From Gammaproteobacteria bacterium (lineage in GTDB: Bacteria; Pseudomonadota; Gammaproteobacteria; Eutrophobiales; Eutrophobiaceae): a DNA stretch of 64,000 nt. The position numbers and the translations under genes are program-made. This document shows, in pieces, positions 53,736-62,273 of the stretch (the stretch's first letter is position 1; every line of letters starts with the position of its first letter). The stretch lies in NCBI GenBank assembly GCA_965243205.1, contig CBDEUK010000002.1, positions 2,080,001-2,144,000 of the forward strand, written 5' to 3'. The notes beneath the pieces were generated by a model. That model was not told the DNA's origin. It made no database searches and saw nothing but the letters and a program-made list of their open reading frames with translations.

Positions 53736-54655
53736 GATGACTCACTGTTTTGCTTGAGTAATGGAAAGCCTAATTCTTCGCGTCTCGCATAATAGGTTTC
53801 AGCGACTGCTTTAGCCAGTTTGCGTATCCTTAAAATATAGCGTTGACGTTCAGTAACAGATATTGCGTGGCGAGCATCTAATAAATTAAAAGTATGAGAT
53901 GCCTTTAAAACCATTTCGTATGCAGGTAGGGGTAGGTTTTTTTCGATTAAGTTGACGGATTCTTTTTCGCAGACATCAAACCAATGAAACAATGATTTTG
54001 TTTCAGCATGCTCAAAATTATAAGTCGACTGTTCAACTTCGTTTTGATGATAAATATCACCATAAGTCACGATGCCATCATCGGATTGATGCCAAATTAA
54101 GTCATAAACGTTATCAACATCTTGCAGATACATGGCGATACGTTCTAAGCCATACGTTAATTCGCCTGTAACGGGTTTGCAGTCTAAACCTCCAACTTGT
54201 TGAAAATAAGTAAACTGGCTAATCTCCATTCCGTTTAACCAAACTTCCCAACCCAGTCCCCATGCTCCTAGCGTCGGTGATTCCCAGTTATCTTCTACAA
54301 AGCGGATGTCTTGTACCAATGGATCGATGCCTAGCTCTATTAAGGATTGTAAATAGAGCTCTTGAATCTCTAGTGGAGATGGTTTGAGGATAACTTGAAA
54401 TTGATAATAGCGTTGTAAACGATTTGGGTTTTCACCATAACGTCCATCAGTAGGTCGTCTGCAAGGTTGTGGGTATGCCACTCGCCAAGGCTCTGGCCCC
54501 AAGGAACGTAAAAAAGTCGATGGGTGAAAAGTACCTGCTCCCATTTCTAAGTCGAAAGGTTGTTCTAGAACGCAACCTTGCTCAGACCAATATTTTTGTA
54601 AGCGCTGAATGAGGCCTTGGAAGCTAATGACGTTGGGGTTACTCGAGTGTGACAA
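53732..54655 (-). CDS. glyQ: Glycyl-tRNA synthetase alpha subunit (likely TTG start at 54655)
   Basis: [29 protein letters not shown]; AGGA upstream of TTG 54655. Confidence 0.97.
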   Translation of the reverse strand: MSHSSNPNVISFQGLIQRLQKYWSEQGCVLEQPFDLEMGAGTFHPSTFLRSLGPEPWRVAYPQPCRRPTDGRYGENPNRLQRYYQFQVILKPSPLEIQELYLQSLIELGIDPLVQDIRFVEDNWESPTLGAWGLGWEVWLNGMEISQFTYFQQVGGLDCKPVTGELTYGLERIAMYLQDVDNVYDLIWHQSDDGIVTYGDIYHQNEVEQSTYNFEHAETKSLFHWFDVCEKESVNLIEKNLPLPAYEMVLKASHTFNLLDARHAISVTERQRYILRIRKLAKAVAETYYARREELGFPLLKQNSESS

Positions 54656-54820
54656 AGGAATTCCTGCTATTTTCAAAATCGCCCAGAGTATAACTTGTGA
54701 AAGTTAGTATGTGTATGAATTTATGTTAAAAAAATTATTTTCTGGTGATCTTTATCGATGTAAAAAACGGCGTTTTTTAGCAACAATGGTTGCTGATTCA
54801 CAGTCAAATTTGTTTATTTC

Positions 54821-54848
54821 TAAAGCCTTGAATGAGATTGGACGATAG
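54821..54848 (+). promoter_or_regulatory. Possible sigma28 (FliA)-type promoter
   Basis: TAAAGCCT-N12-GACGATAG versus TAAAGTTT-N11-GCCGATAA. Confidence 0.35.
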
Positions 54849-54881
54849 TGTTTCTAATTCTTATAACAAAGTGAGAGAGAA

Positions 54882-55430
54882 GTGCTGCATTTACCAGAAA
54901 CTGCCCATTTATATGTGCTATTAAATTGTGCACAGTTTAATCAAAAAACATATTTGGAGCCTGAATTGGAATCTTATCTGATTCAAACTCTGATGCGGTA
55001 TTCAGAAATGCTCGAAACAGAACAATATTCGACATTTTATGAGCCTGAACAAGTAGAAGAATTCAGTTTTGATAGCGATCATGATTATTTAAAAGAAATT
55101 GCCGATTACTGTTTAATTTGTACGGGTTTAATGTCAGATCGTTTTATTTTTGAGGAAACTAGCTTTGAGCGTTTACAAGAGGTTGGCCAAAACGCATTTA
55201 CGCTTTTATCAGATGCTGTGAAAACAGATGATAATATTTATAAAAAACTGAGTGTGAATTTTAGTCGTCTAGTTGAAATATTAAATTATTCACAAAATTT
55301 AATCGAAGAAGATAGTCAATTAGTTGCCTCATTGTCTAATAATACTAAATATTCAGTTATGGATTTTAGGGAATATGCTTATCATAAAGGAGAGCATTTT
55401 TTTTCTGATACGAATATCTTATTGCATTAG
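54882..55430 (+). CDS. Conserved hypothetical protein (all-helical, acidic)
   Basis: ESYLIQTLMRY ... LKEIADYCLICTGL ... GQNAF pattern recalls an uncharacterised gammaproteobacterial family (ESYLVF.LMR / DVGD.CLL..GLF); recognised from memory only. Confidence 0.7.
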   Translation: MLHLPETAHLYVLLNCAQFNQKTYLEPELESYLIQTLMRYSEMLETEQYSTFYEPEQVEEFSFDSDHDYLKEIADYCLICTGLMSDRFIFEETSFERLQEVGQNAFTLLSDAVKTDDNIYKKLSVNFSRLVEILNYSQNLIEEDSQLVASLSNNTKYSVMDFREYAYHKGEHFFSDTNILLH

Positions 55431-55439
55431 TTGATTAGT

Positions 55440-55820
55440 ATGGTCTTAGCAAGACAAAAAAAAATATCGGTCATTAATCGTTCTGCAATAAAAAGTCTAC
55501 GAGCTATTATGCAAGATGATTTTACTGAGTCAGTGCATACCTTTCTTGATGATTCATTATCTTTACATTCTAAATTGCATGCTTCGATAGAAAATAACGA
55601 TAGTAAAAATATTCGTAGTGTATGTAGTGAATATGCAGATACTTGTAGTTTTATGGGAGCTGAAATTTTGTCAGCTAAACTAGCTGAGTTGCAAGATTTG
55701 AACTTGAAAACTCAGCTAAAAGAAGTAAAAAATCTTATCAATCAAATTGATCAACTTTACGATTTGTGCCGTGTAGAATTACAAACAGAATTAAATAAAC
55801 AATTTAAAAAAGCCGTTTAA
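55440..55820 (+). CDS. Hpt-fold protein lacking the phospho-acceptor His (start ATG 55440 or TTG 55431)
   Basis: INRSAIKSLRAIMQDDF..VHTFLDDS...ND..IR...MGAEILS matches the Hpt scaffold; HxLKGS is replaced by SEYADT. Confidence 0.7.
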   Translation: MVLARQKKISVINRSAIKSLRAIMQDDFTESVHTFLDDSLSLHSKLHASIENNDSKNIRSVCSEYADTCSFMGAEILSAKLAELQDLNLKTQLKEVKNLINQIDQLYDLCRVELQTELNKQFKKAV

Positions 55821-56042
55821 TAATTTTAGTTTTTCCAAAAAATCTACACGATTTAGTTTCTTATTTTAAAATAGTTTTTATTAATAGGGCTATTTCTAAG
55901 TTTATTGCGGAATTCGTGTATTTGTTAATCTTATCCTTTTAAGATAATCTCCTTCATATTCTTACCTATAAAGTCGCTGGATATAAATTAAGAATAATGA
56001 ACTACTATTATATGCAATTGCTTTCTTTGTCAGAGCATTAAA

Positions 56043-57413
56043 ATGAGAGGCATCAGTAAACCTGAGGGCAAAGAGGCCTTTTCTATTCTGGTCGTTGATG
56101 ACGAGCCAGGAATTCGAGATTTTCTTCAACGCGCGTTATCAAAAATTTACGGAGTGGTTGAAGTTGCTAATTCTGCGGAACAGGCAGAAGAGTTACGTCA
56201 TGAATATTATTTTGATTTGTTAATCATAGATATTTGTTTACCAGGATGTTCTGGCGTTGAATGGTTAAAGACAATTGCGCAAGGTGATTGTCAGTCAGAT
56301 GTGATATTTATGACGGCATTTTCGAACCTAGAAAATGCGATTGAAGCATTACGTTTAGGCGCAACAGATTTTATTCTTAAACCTTTTCGACTTGAAGAAA
56401 TGACAGCTTCGGTTGAACGTTGCATGGAGCGACGTCGTCTTGAGCGTGAAAACTTTGTTTTAAGAAGGCAAGTCGATCAGATCTACTCCTTCGAAGGAAT
56501 GATCGGCAAGAGTCCAAAAATTCAGGAAATGTGTCAGCTCATTAAACGCATTGCCCCTACACCTTCAGTAGTTTTAGTTGCAGGAGAAACCGGTACTGGC
56601 AAAGAATTAGTTGCTAACGCTATTCATCAAGAGAGTGGCCGTACTGGTCCTTTTGTTCCTATTAATTGTGGTGCGGTAGCACCTGAATTACTTGAATCAG
56701 AATTTTTTGGCCATAAGAAAGGTGCTTTTACAGGAGCAAGTGAAACTCGAGAAGGATTATTTTCTTACGCAGAAGCAGGCACTTTATTTTTAGACGAAAT
56801 AGGTGAAATGCCATTAACGCTACAAGCAAAATTACTACGGGTGCTTGAAGAAAAAAGCATTAGACCTATTGGTGGCGAAAGAGAAATGCCGATAAACGTA
56901 CGAATTATTGCTGCAACCAATCTCGATTTAGAAGAAGCAGTGGAAAAAGGAGAGTTTCGCAAAGATTTATTTTTTCGTTTAAATGTTTTGAATATACAAA
57001 TCCCTCCGTTACGTGAAAGAAAACAAGATATTGTTCCTTTAGTTGAATATTACTCATCAAAACTATCTAAACATTTAGGTGTAGAAGCGATTCCGTTTAG
57101 TCATAGCGATATTCAGATTATGGAAGATTACAACTGGCCGGGTAATGTTCGTGAACTAAAAAATATGGTAGAGCGATGCCTATTATTAGGTAGGTTACCT
57201 GTTGAGTTATTTAGCATGACTGAATTATCAACAGCAGAACAACAAGGATATCCAGATGTATGGTCATTAGCTGAAGTTGAGAAAGATCATATTATTAAAT
57301 TGATTCAAAAAATGGATGGTAATAAATCCAAAGCGGCCCAGGTTTTAGGTATATCACGCAAAACGCTCGATAGAAAACTACATGCATGGGAGCATGATAA
57401 CGAAAATGTTTAA
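56043..57413 (+). CDS. Sigma54-dependent (NtrC-family) response regulator
   Basis: Receiver VDDE / IIDICLP, GETGTGKE, GAFTGA, WPGNVREL, HTH LGISRKTLDRKL. Confidence 0.95.
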   Translation: MRGISKPEGKEAFSILVVDDEPGIRDFLQRALSKIYGVVEVANSAEQAEELRHEYYFDLLIIDICLPGCSGVEWLKTIAQGDCQSDVIFMTAFSNLENAIEALRLGATDFILKPFRLEEMTASVERCMERRRLERENFVLRRQVDQIYSFEGMIGKSPKIQEMCQLIKRIAPTPSVVLVAGETGTGKELVANAIHQESGRTGPFVPINCGAVAPELLESEFFGHKKGAFTGASETREGLFSYAEAGTLFLDEIGEMPLTLQAKLLRVLEEKSIRPIGGEREMPINVRIIAATNLDLEEAVEKGEFRKDLFFRLNVLNIQIPPLRERKQDIVPLVEYYSSKLSKHLGVEAIPFSHSDIQIMEDYNWPGNVRELKNMVERCLLLGRLPVELFSMTELSTAEQQGYPDVWSLAEVEKDHIIKLIQKMDGNKSKAAQVLGISRKTLDRKLHAWEHDNENV

Positions 57414-59502
57414 ACGTTTTCGTACATTAATATCCAGTAGTTTGCGCTATAAATTACTGATATTGGTGTTGTTACCTGTATTATTAGTGTTATTAGCGGT
57501 AACCAGTTTGGCTTACTATTGGTTGAATGAAGTAAGTTACCGTCAGTTATTAAGGGAGGTAACTGATGATTTGAATGTCGCTAATGAAGCTTTTATAAAC
57601 ACTCAAAATCGATACTTGGCAGAATTAGCACTGTTTTCTGAGTCGTATCAATTTCAACATATCCTAAAAAAAAACTTATCTAGAGAACAAGAAATATTTC
57701 AAATACAGCCTTTATTAGATGATTTAAAAACAATTAAAGGATTTGATTTTATTCAAGTGATGGACAGTAATAGTTGTAATTATTTAGATAATAGAATATG
57801 TGATATTAAAAAAAGCCCTTTATACAATATCGCTATTTATGGTGTGCCAGCGACTGGCGTTGAAATTTTTTCTGCAGAAGATTTACAAGCATTGTCACCT
57901 GAATTAGCAGAAGAAGTTTATTTGCCTTTGATTCAAACCCAATATTCAGAGCCAACAGCTAATACATTTGAAGATAGAGGTATGGTTTTACATAGCTATT
58001 ACCCAATTATGGATGAAACTAATCGTGTTAAATTGATATTAATTGGGGGCGTTCTTCTAAATCGTAATTTTGTTTTTGTGGATACCCTACGTGACTTAGT
58101 TTATAGCAAAGGTAGTCTGCAAGAGGATAGTTTAGGAACAGTTACCATATTTCTTGATGATGTTCGTATTAGTACCAACGTTCCTGGACAGTTACACCTT
58201 CCTTCGCAAAGAGCATTAGGTACTCGAGTTTCCAAGGAAGTTAGAAAAAAAGTATTAACTGATGGTGAACATTGGATAGATAGAGCATTCGTTGTCAGTG
58301 AGTGGTATATCTCAGCCTATGAACCTATTTATGACGTCTATAATAATCGTATTGGTATGTTATATACAGGTTTTTTAGAAGCACCTTTTAGAGCCACATA
58401 CTTTACAGGTTTGACTGTGTTACTCATCTTATTTGTTAGTGTTATTAGCTTATCTATATTTCTTGCCATCGTCGGTGCTAAATTTATTTATAAACCTATT
58501 GAGATCATGACAAATGTTATTGAAACTATTAAAGAAGGTGAAGAACGGCGGATAGGTCAATTAGATTCACAAGATGAACTTTCAATTTTGGCTCGACAGT
58601 TTGACGACATGCTTGATCAATTACAACAACATAGAGATCAAATTCAGAATGCAGCAGATGAATTAGAGCTTAAAGTTGAAGATAGAACATACCAATTAAA
58701 GAATCAGAAACTTGAACTTGAGCAAAATATTGTTTTGTTAAAACAAACACGTGAAAAGTTAGTAGTTAGTGAAAAATTAGCTGTTATTGGTGAGTTGACT
58801 GCAGGTATAGCGCATGAGATTAATAATCCGACTGCTGTGATACTAGGTAATATGGATTTGTTGATTCAAGAGCTTGGTCAACAAGCGAATTCAGTTAACC
58901 AAGAAACAGAGTTAATTATTCAACAGGTATACCGTATTCGTTCGATTATTAATAACTTATTACTTTATTCGCGTCCTAATGATTATTATACGGCTTGGAC
59001 ACCAGTTGATATTAATGCTGTCGTCAATGATGCGTTGGTGTTAGTACATCATGATTTGAATCAGCATAGTGTGAATCTTCGCTTGGATTTATGTGCAACA
59101 AAAAATGTTAAGGGTAATCATCAACAGTTTCAGCAAGTATTATTAAATTTAATAGTCAACGCAATGCATGCTATCGAGAACAAAGGGCAAATAGTAATAC
59201 GTACTCGTGATTGGAAAGATGAAGGTGTATTAATGATGATACGGGATAATGGTTGTGGCATAGACGATGAGACATTACCTAGGATATTCGATCCATTTTT
59301 TACAAGAACTAAAAGTGGTACAGGACTTGGACTTTATATTTGTTATGGAATATTAAAACGATTTGGTGCTGAAATTGCGGTTCGTTCTCGCATAGGTGTC
59401 GGCACTTGTTTTTTTGTATGGTTCTATGAAAACCCGATAGAACAATTCACAAATAATTCTATCGCTGTATCAGAAGAACTAGATATAGAGCTTTTAAACT
59501 AA
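57406..59502 (+). CDS. Cache-HAMP sensor histidine kinase (start 57406, 57394 or 57382)
   Basis: TM, periplasmic Cache domain (TIFLDDVRISTNV, RALGT, YISAYEPI), TM, HAMP, AHEINNP, GTGLGL. Confidence 0.93.
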   Translation: MFKRFRTLISSSLRYKLLILVLLPVLLVLLAVTSLAYYWLNEVSYRQLLREVTDDLNVANEAFINTQNRYLAELALFSESYQFQHILKKNLSREQEIFQIQPLLDDLKTIKGFDFIQVMDSNSCNYLDNRICDIKKSPLYNIAIYGVPATGVEIFSAEDLQALSPELAEEVYLPLIQTQYSEPTANTFEDRGMVLHSYYPIMDETNRVKLILIGGVLLNRNFVFVDTLRDLVYSKGSLQEDSLGTVTIFLDDVRISTNVPGQLHLPSQRALGTRVSKEVRKKVLTDGEHWIDRAFVVSEWYISAYEPIYDVYNNRIGMLYTGFLEAPFRATYFTGLTVLLILFVSVISLSIFLAIVGAKFIYKPIEIMTNVIETIKEGEERRIGQLDSQDELSILARQFDDMLDQLQQHRDQIQNAADELELKVEDRTYQLKNQKLELEQNIVLLKQTREKLVVSEKLAVIGELTAGIAHEINNPTAVILGNMDLLIQELGQQANSVNQETELIIQQVYRIRSIINNLLLYSRPNDYYTAWTPVDINAVVNDALVLVHHDLNQHSVNLRLDLCATKNVKGNHQQFQQVLLNLIVNAMHAIENKGQIVIRTRDWKDEGVLMMIRDNGCGIDDETLPRIFDPFFTRTKSGTGLGLYICYGILKRFGAEIAVRSRIGVGTCFFVWFYENPIEQFTNNSIAVSEELDIELLN

Positions 59503-59558
59503 TTTTTTAAAATGTTTAAAGGTTTTGCTTTATAGCAGTAACTATACAAATAGTTTTA

Positions 59559-59607
59559 TAGGACAAAATGATACACCTTGCCATTTCTATTGGGTCAATC
59601 TGACCCA
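59559..59607. promoter_or_regulatory. Tandem enhancer (UAS) sites for the adjacent sigma54 activator
   Basis: Perfect TGGGTCA-ATC-TGACCCA (59591-59607) and degenerate TAGGACA-AAA-TGATACA (59559-59575), 32 bp apart. Confidence 0.7.
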
Positions 59608-59659
59608 TTTTTTCATATCATTTTATATTGTTATCACCTAACTCATTGAGTTTATTAGG

Positions 59660-59675
59660 TGGAATAGTAATTGCT
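59660..59675 (+). promoter_or_regulatory. Sigma54 (-24/-12) promoter of the OFA transporter
   Basis: TGGAAT-AGTAA-TTGCT. Confidence 0.8.
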
Positions 59676-59781
59676 CTACTAGCGAAAATTAATAAAAAAA
59701 GTTTTTAACTTACTTGGGATTACAAAACCAAGGTGGTTTAAAAATAATTATTATAAAAAGCTGTCGTGGGAGCAGAAGTTC

Positions 59782-61521
59782 ATGTCGAAGTTGTCGGGAT
59801 TCAAATCCATTTTTTTGAAGGAGCGTTTGCGTGCAAAACCTGGGTTCAATCGTTGGTTAATCGCTCCAGCCTCTATTGCCATTCATCTATGTATCGGTTC
59901 CGTTTATGCCTGGAGTATTTTTAATCCTGCTTTGATAAAACAACTTGGTGTGATCACAAGTGCTGCAGATGATTGGAGTTTTGCTTCTGTCGTTTGGATC
60001 TTTTCAACGGCGATTGTTTTTCTTGGTTTAGCTGCTGCCATAGGTGGCAAATGGCTAGAAGAAGTTGGTCCAAGAGCTACGGGTTTTCTAGCTGCTTGTC
60101 TTTGGGGTGGAGGTTTTCTAATTGGTAGCGTAGGCATTTCTACTCATCAACTATGGTTAATTTATGTAGGTTACGGCGCAATCGGTGGTTGTGGTTTAGG
60201 TTTGGCTTATGTAACCCCAGTAAGTACATTAATTCGTTGGTTTCCTGATCGAAGAGGTATGGCTACGGGTATTGCCATTATGGGTTTTGGTGGCGGTGCC
60301 ATGATTGGTGCGCCTTTAAAAAATTATTTGTTAAGTCTTTTTTATGTCGCGCCTGAATATTTAGGAAAGGTTAGTGATGTTAGTTTAATAACAGAAGGCG
60401 GGAGACGTTTTGCTGAGGTTTCAGGTAATAAAATAGAAGTTGTTGTTGCTTCAGTTGCTGATATGGCAAAAATGCCTGTCCAAGGCCCAGAGGGTGTTTA
60501 TGTCGTTGGCACTGGAGATACTGGAGTTGCTAGTGTTTTTATTACCTTGGGTATTGTTTATTTCGTCATCATGACAATAGCGGCTTTTTCATTTCGTATT
60601 CCCTCCAAAGATTGGAAGCCAGAAGGTTGGCAAGAACCCGAACCAGATAATTCTAAGAAGGCACTCATTACAAATGATCATGTGCATATTGACCAAGCTT
60701 TAAAAACATCACAGTTTTATCGTTTATGGATAGTACTTTGTTTTAATGTAACGGCAGGTATCGGTGTGATTGGTGTGGCGAAAACGATGATCACGGATAT
60801 CTTTAGTCCAAGTTTGCCAGATATTGTTGATGCAAGTTTTGCAGCTACTTATGTATTGATGATCAGTGTATTCAATATGTGTGGGCGTTTTATGTGGGCT
60901 TCCTTATCTGATTATATAGGTCGTAAAAATACCTATCACATCTTTTTTGTTTTAGGCATGTTGTTGTATATCTCAATCCCATTTTTTGCAGAACAGGTTT
61001 CAGCAAGCCCTGGAGTGACATGGTTGATCATGTTCTATGCAGTCACAATGATCATCTTCACTATGTATGGTGGAGGTTTTGCAACAATACCTGCTTATCT
61101 TGCTGATATTTTTGGCACACTGCATGTTGGTGGGATACATGGAAGATTATTAACTGCTTGGAGTACAGCAGGGATACTAGGTCCTTTTGCTATTACATTC
61201 TTAAGACAGCGTTCGGTTGATAATGCCATTTTATCGTTATCCGAAAAAGTTGATCCAACTTTATTTCAAGAAAAATTTGGTTCGAGTATTAATAATTTAC
61301 AAGAACTGATCACTGCGAAAACAGTAACGATACCTAAACTTATGGAGATTGTTCCTGTGGGAACAATCGACCCAACTCCTAGCTTGTATAACACAACCAT
61401 GTACGCGATGGCATTTCTATTATTTATCGCATTTCTATCGAATTTAACGATCAAAAAAGTCGATAGCAGACATCACATACAGAATACTCATCCTGAGTTA
61501 GCGATAAATAACGCGAATTAG
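59782..61521 (+). CDS. OFA (oxalate/formate antiporter-like) family MFS transporter, long form
   Basis: IHLCIGSVYAWS, WFPDRRGMATG.AIMGFGGG, YGGGFATIPAY, IHGRLLTAWS. Confidence 0.92.
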   Translation: MSKLSGFKSIFLKERLRAKPGFNRWLIAPASIAIHLCIGSVYAWSIFNPALIKQLGVITSAADDWSFASVVWIFSTAIVFLGLAAAIGGKWLEEVGPRATGFLAACLWGGGFLIGSVGISTHQLWLIYVGYGAIGGCGLGLAYVTPVSTLIRWFPDRRGMATGIAIMGFGGGAMIGAPLKNYLLSLFYVAPEYLGKVSDVSLITEGGRRFAEVSGNKIEVVVASVADMAKMPVQGPEGVYVVGTGDTGVASVFITLGIVYFVIMTIAAFSFRIPSKDWKPEGWQEPEPDNSKKALITNDHVHIDQALKTSQFYRLWIVLCFNVTAGIGVIGVAKTMITDIFSPSLPDIVDASFAATYVLMISVFNMCGRFMWASLSDYIGRKNTYHIFFVLGMLLYISIPFFAEQVSASPGVTWLIMFYAVTMIIFTMYGGGFATIPAYLADIFGTLHVGGIHGRLLTAWSTAGILGPFAITFLRQRSVDNAILSLSEKVDPTLFQEKFGSSINNLQELITAKTVTIPKLMEIVPVGTIDPTPSLYNTTMYAMAFLLFIAFLSNLTIKKVDSRHHIQNTHPELAINNAN

Positions 61522-61660
61522 AAAACATTTTTTATTCAACAGGATAAGAACTGAAATTAATTATTATGAGCGAGAGAAAGAAGAAGAGTGAAATTTATGT
61601 ATAACCATGAAGAAATGACCTCCTCCTCTTGTAGGTTACTTGCTATATAGCAAGGAGAGC

Positions 61661-61699
61661 TTGGCCGCCTTAACCCTCCGTAAAGGCGGTCAAATTTTT
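61661..61699 (+). terminator. GC-rich hairpin, probable terminator downstream of the transporter
   Basis: TTGGCCGCCTT ... AAGGCGGTCAA followed by ATTTTT. Confidence 0.55.
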
Positions 61700-61836
61700 A
61701 AATATAAATTCATTAAATATGAAAAAAATTTTTCTAAGCAGAAAAAATCATAACAATTTTAGGAATATTATCTATTAACTTTTATTGAGTATGGAGTTTA
61801 AATTTTTATAAAACAATTTGAAGAGGAGATATCGCG

Positions 61837-62178
61837 ATTAATACATTAAACAAAATAATATTTTTTTTATGGCTATTAAATTTTTCTGGGTATGCGTTGA
61901 GTAGTGGAGACGAATCAATTGGAGATAAAGAAGCAGGAGAAAAAAGATATAAAAAAACTTGCATCAATTGTCACGGCCCTGCAGGTAAAGGCGCCGCGAG
62001 TTATCCGAAAATATCAGGCAATGAAATTTCTTATACGAAATCAAAATTAGAGACTTATAGAGATGGGATCGAAATTGGTCCGAATTCAGGATTGATGATC
62101 ATGATGGCTAAACCTTTAACGGATGAAGAAATTGAAAATTTAGCTGCTTATTTAAAAGATGCGAAATATAAAAATTAA
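61837..62178 (+). CDS. Monoheme class I cytochrome c (c553-like), probable ATT start
   Basis: CINCH, YPKISG, distal Met region LMIMMAK; in-frame signal peptide upstream of ORF-track TTG 61897; SD GAGGAG at 61823-61828. Confidence 0.85.
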   Translation: MNTLNKIIFFLWLLNFSGYALSSGDESIGDKEAGEKRYKKTCINCHGPAGKGAASYPKISGNEISYTKSKLETYRDGIEIGPNSGLMIMMAKPLTDEEIENLAAYLKDAKYKN

Positions 62179-62273
62179 CAAATTTAAAGGGGAGGGGAAT
62201 CAAAAATTACAAACCAAGTTATGTTTTAAAAGAAGTTAAATACCAAAATTAAAAAATTAAATTTAGGAGAAGA

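Noticed and set aside
61719-61790. Short MKKIFLSRK... ORF resembling a decayed signal-peptide gene
   Set aside because: About 19 codons in very AT-rich DNA with no SD or homology evidence; cannot be distinguished from noise
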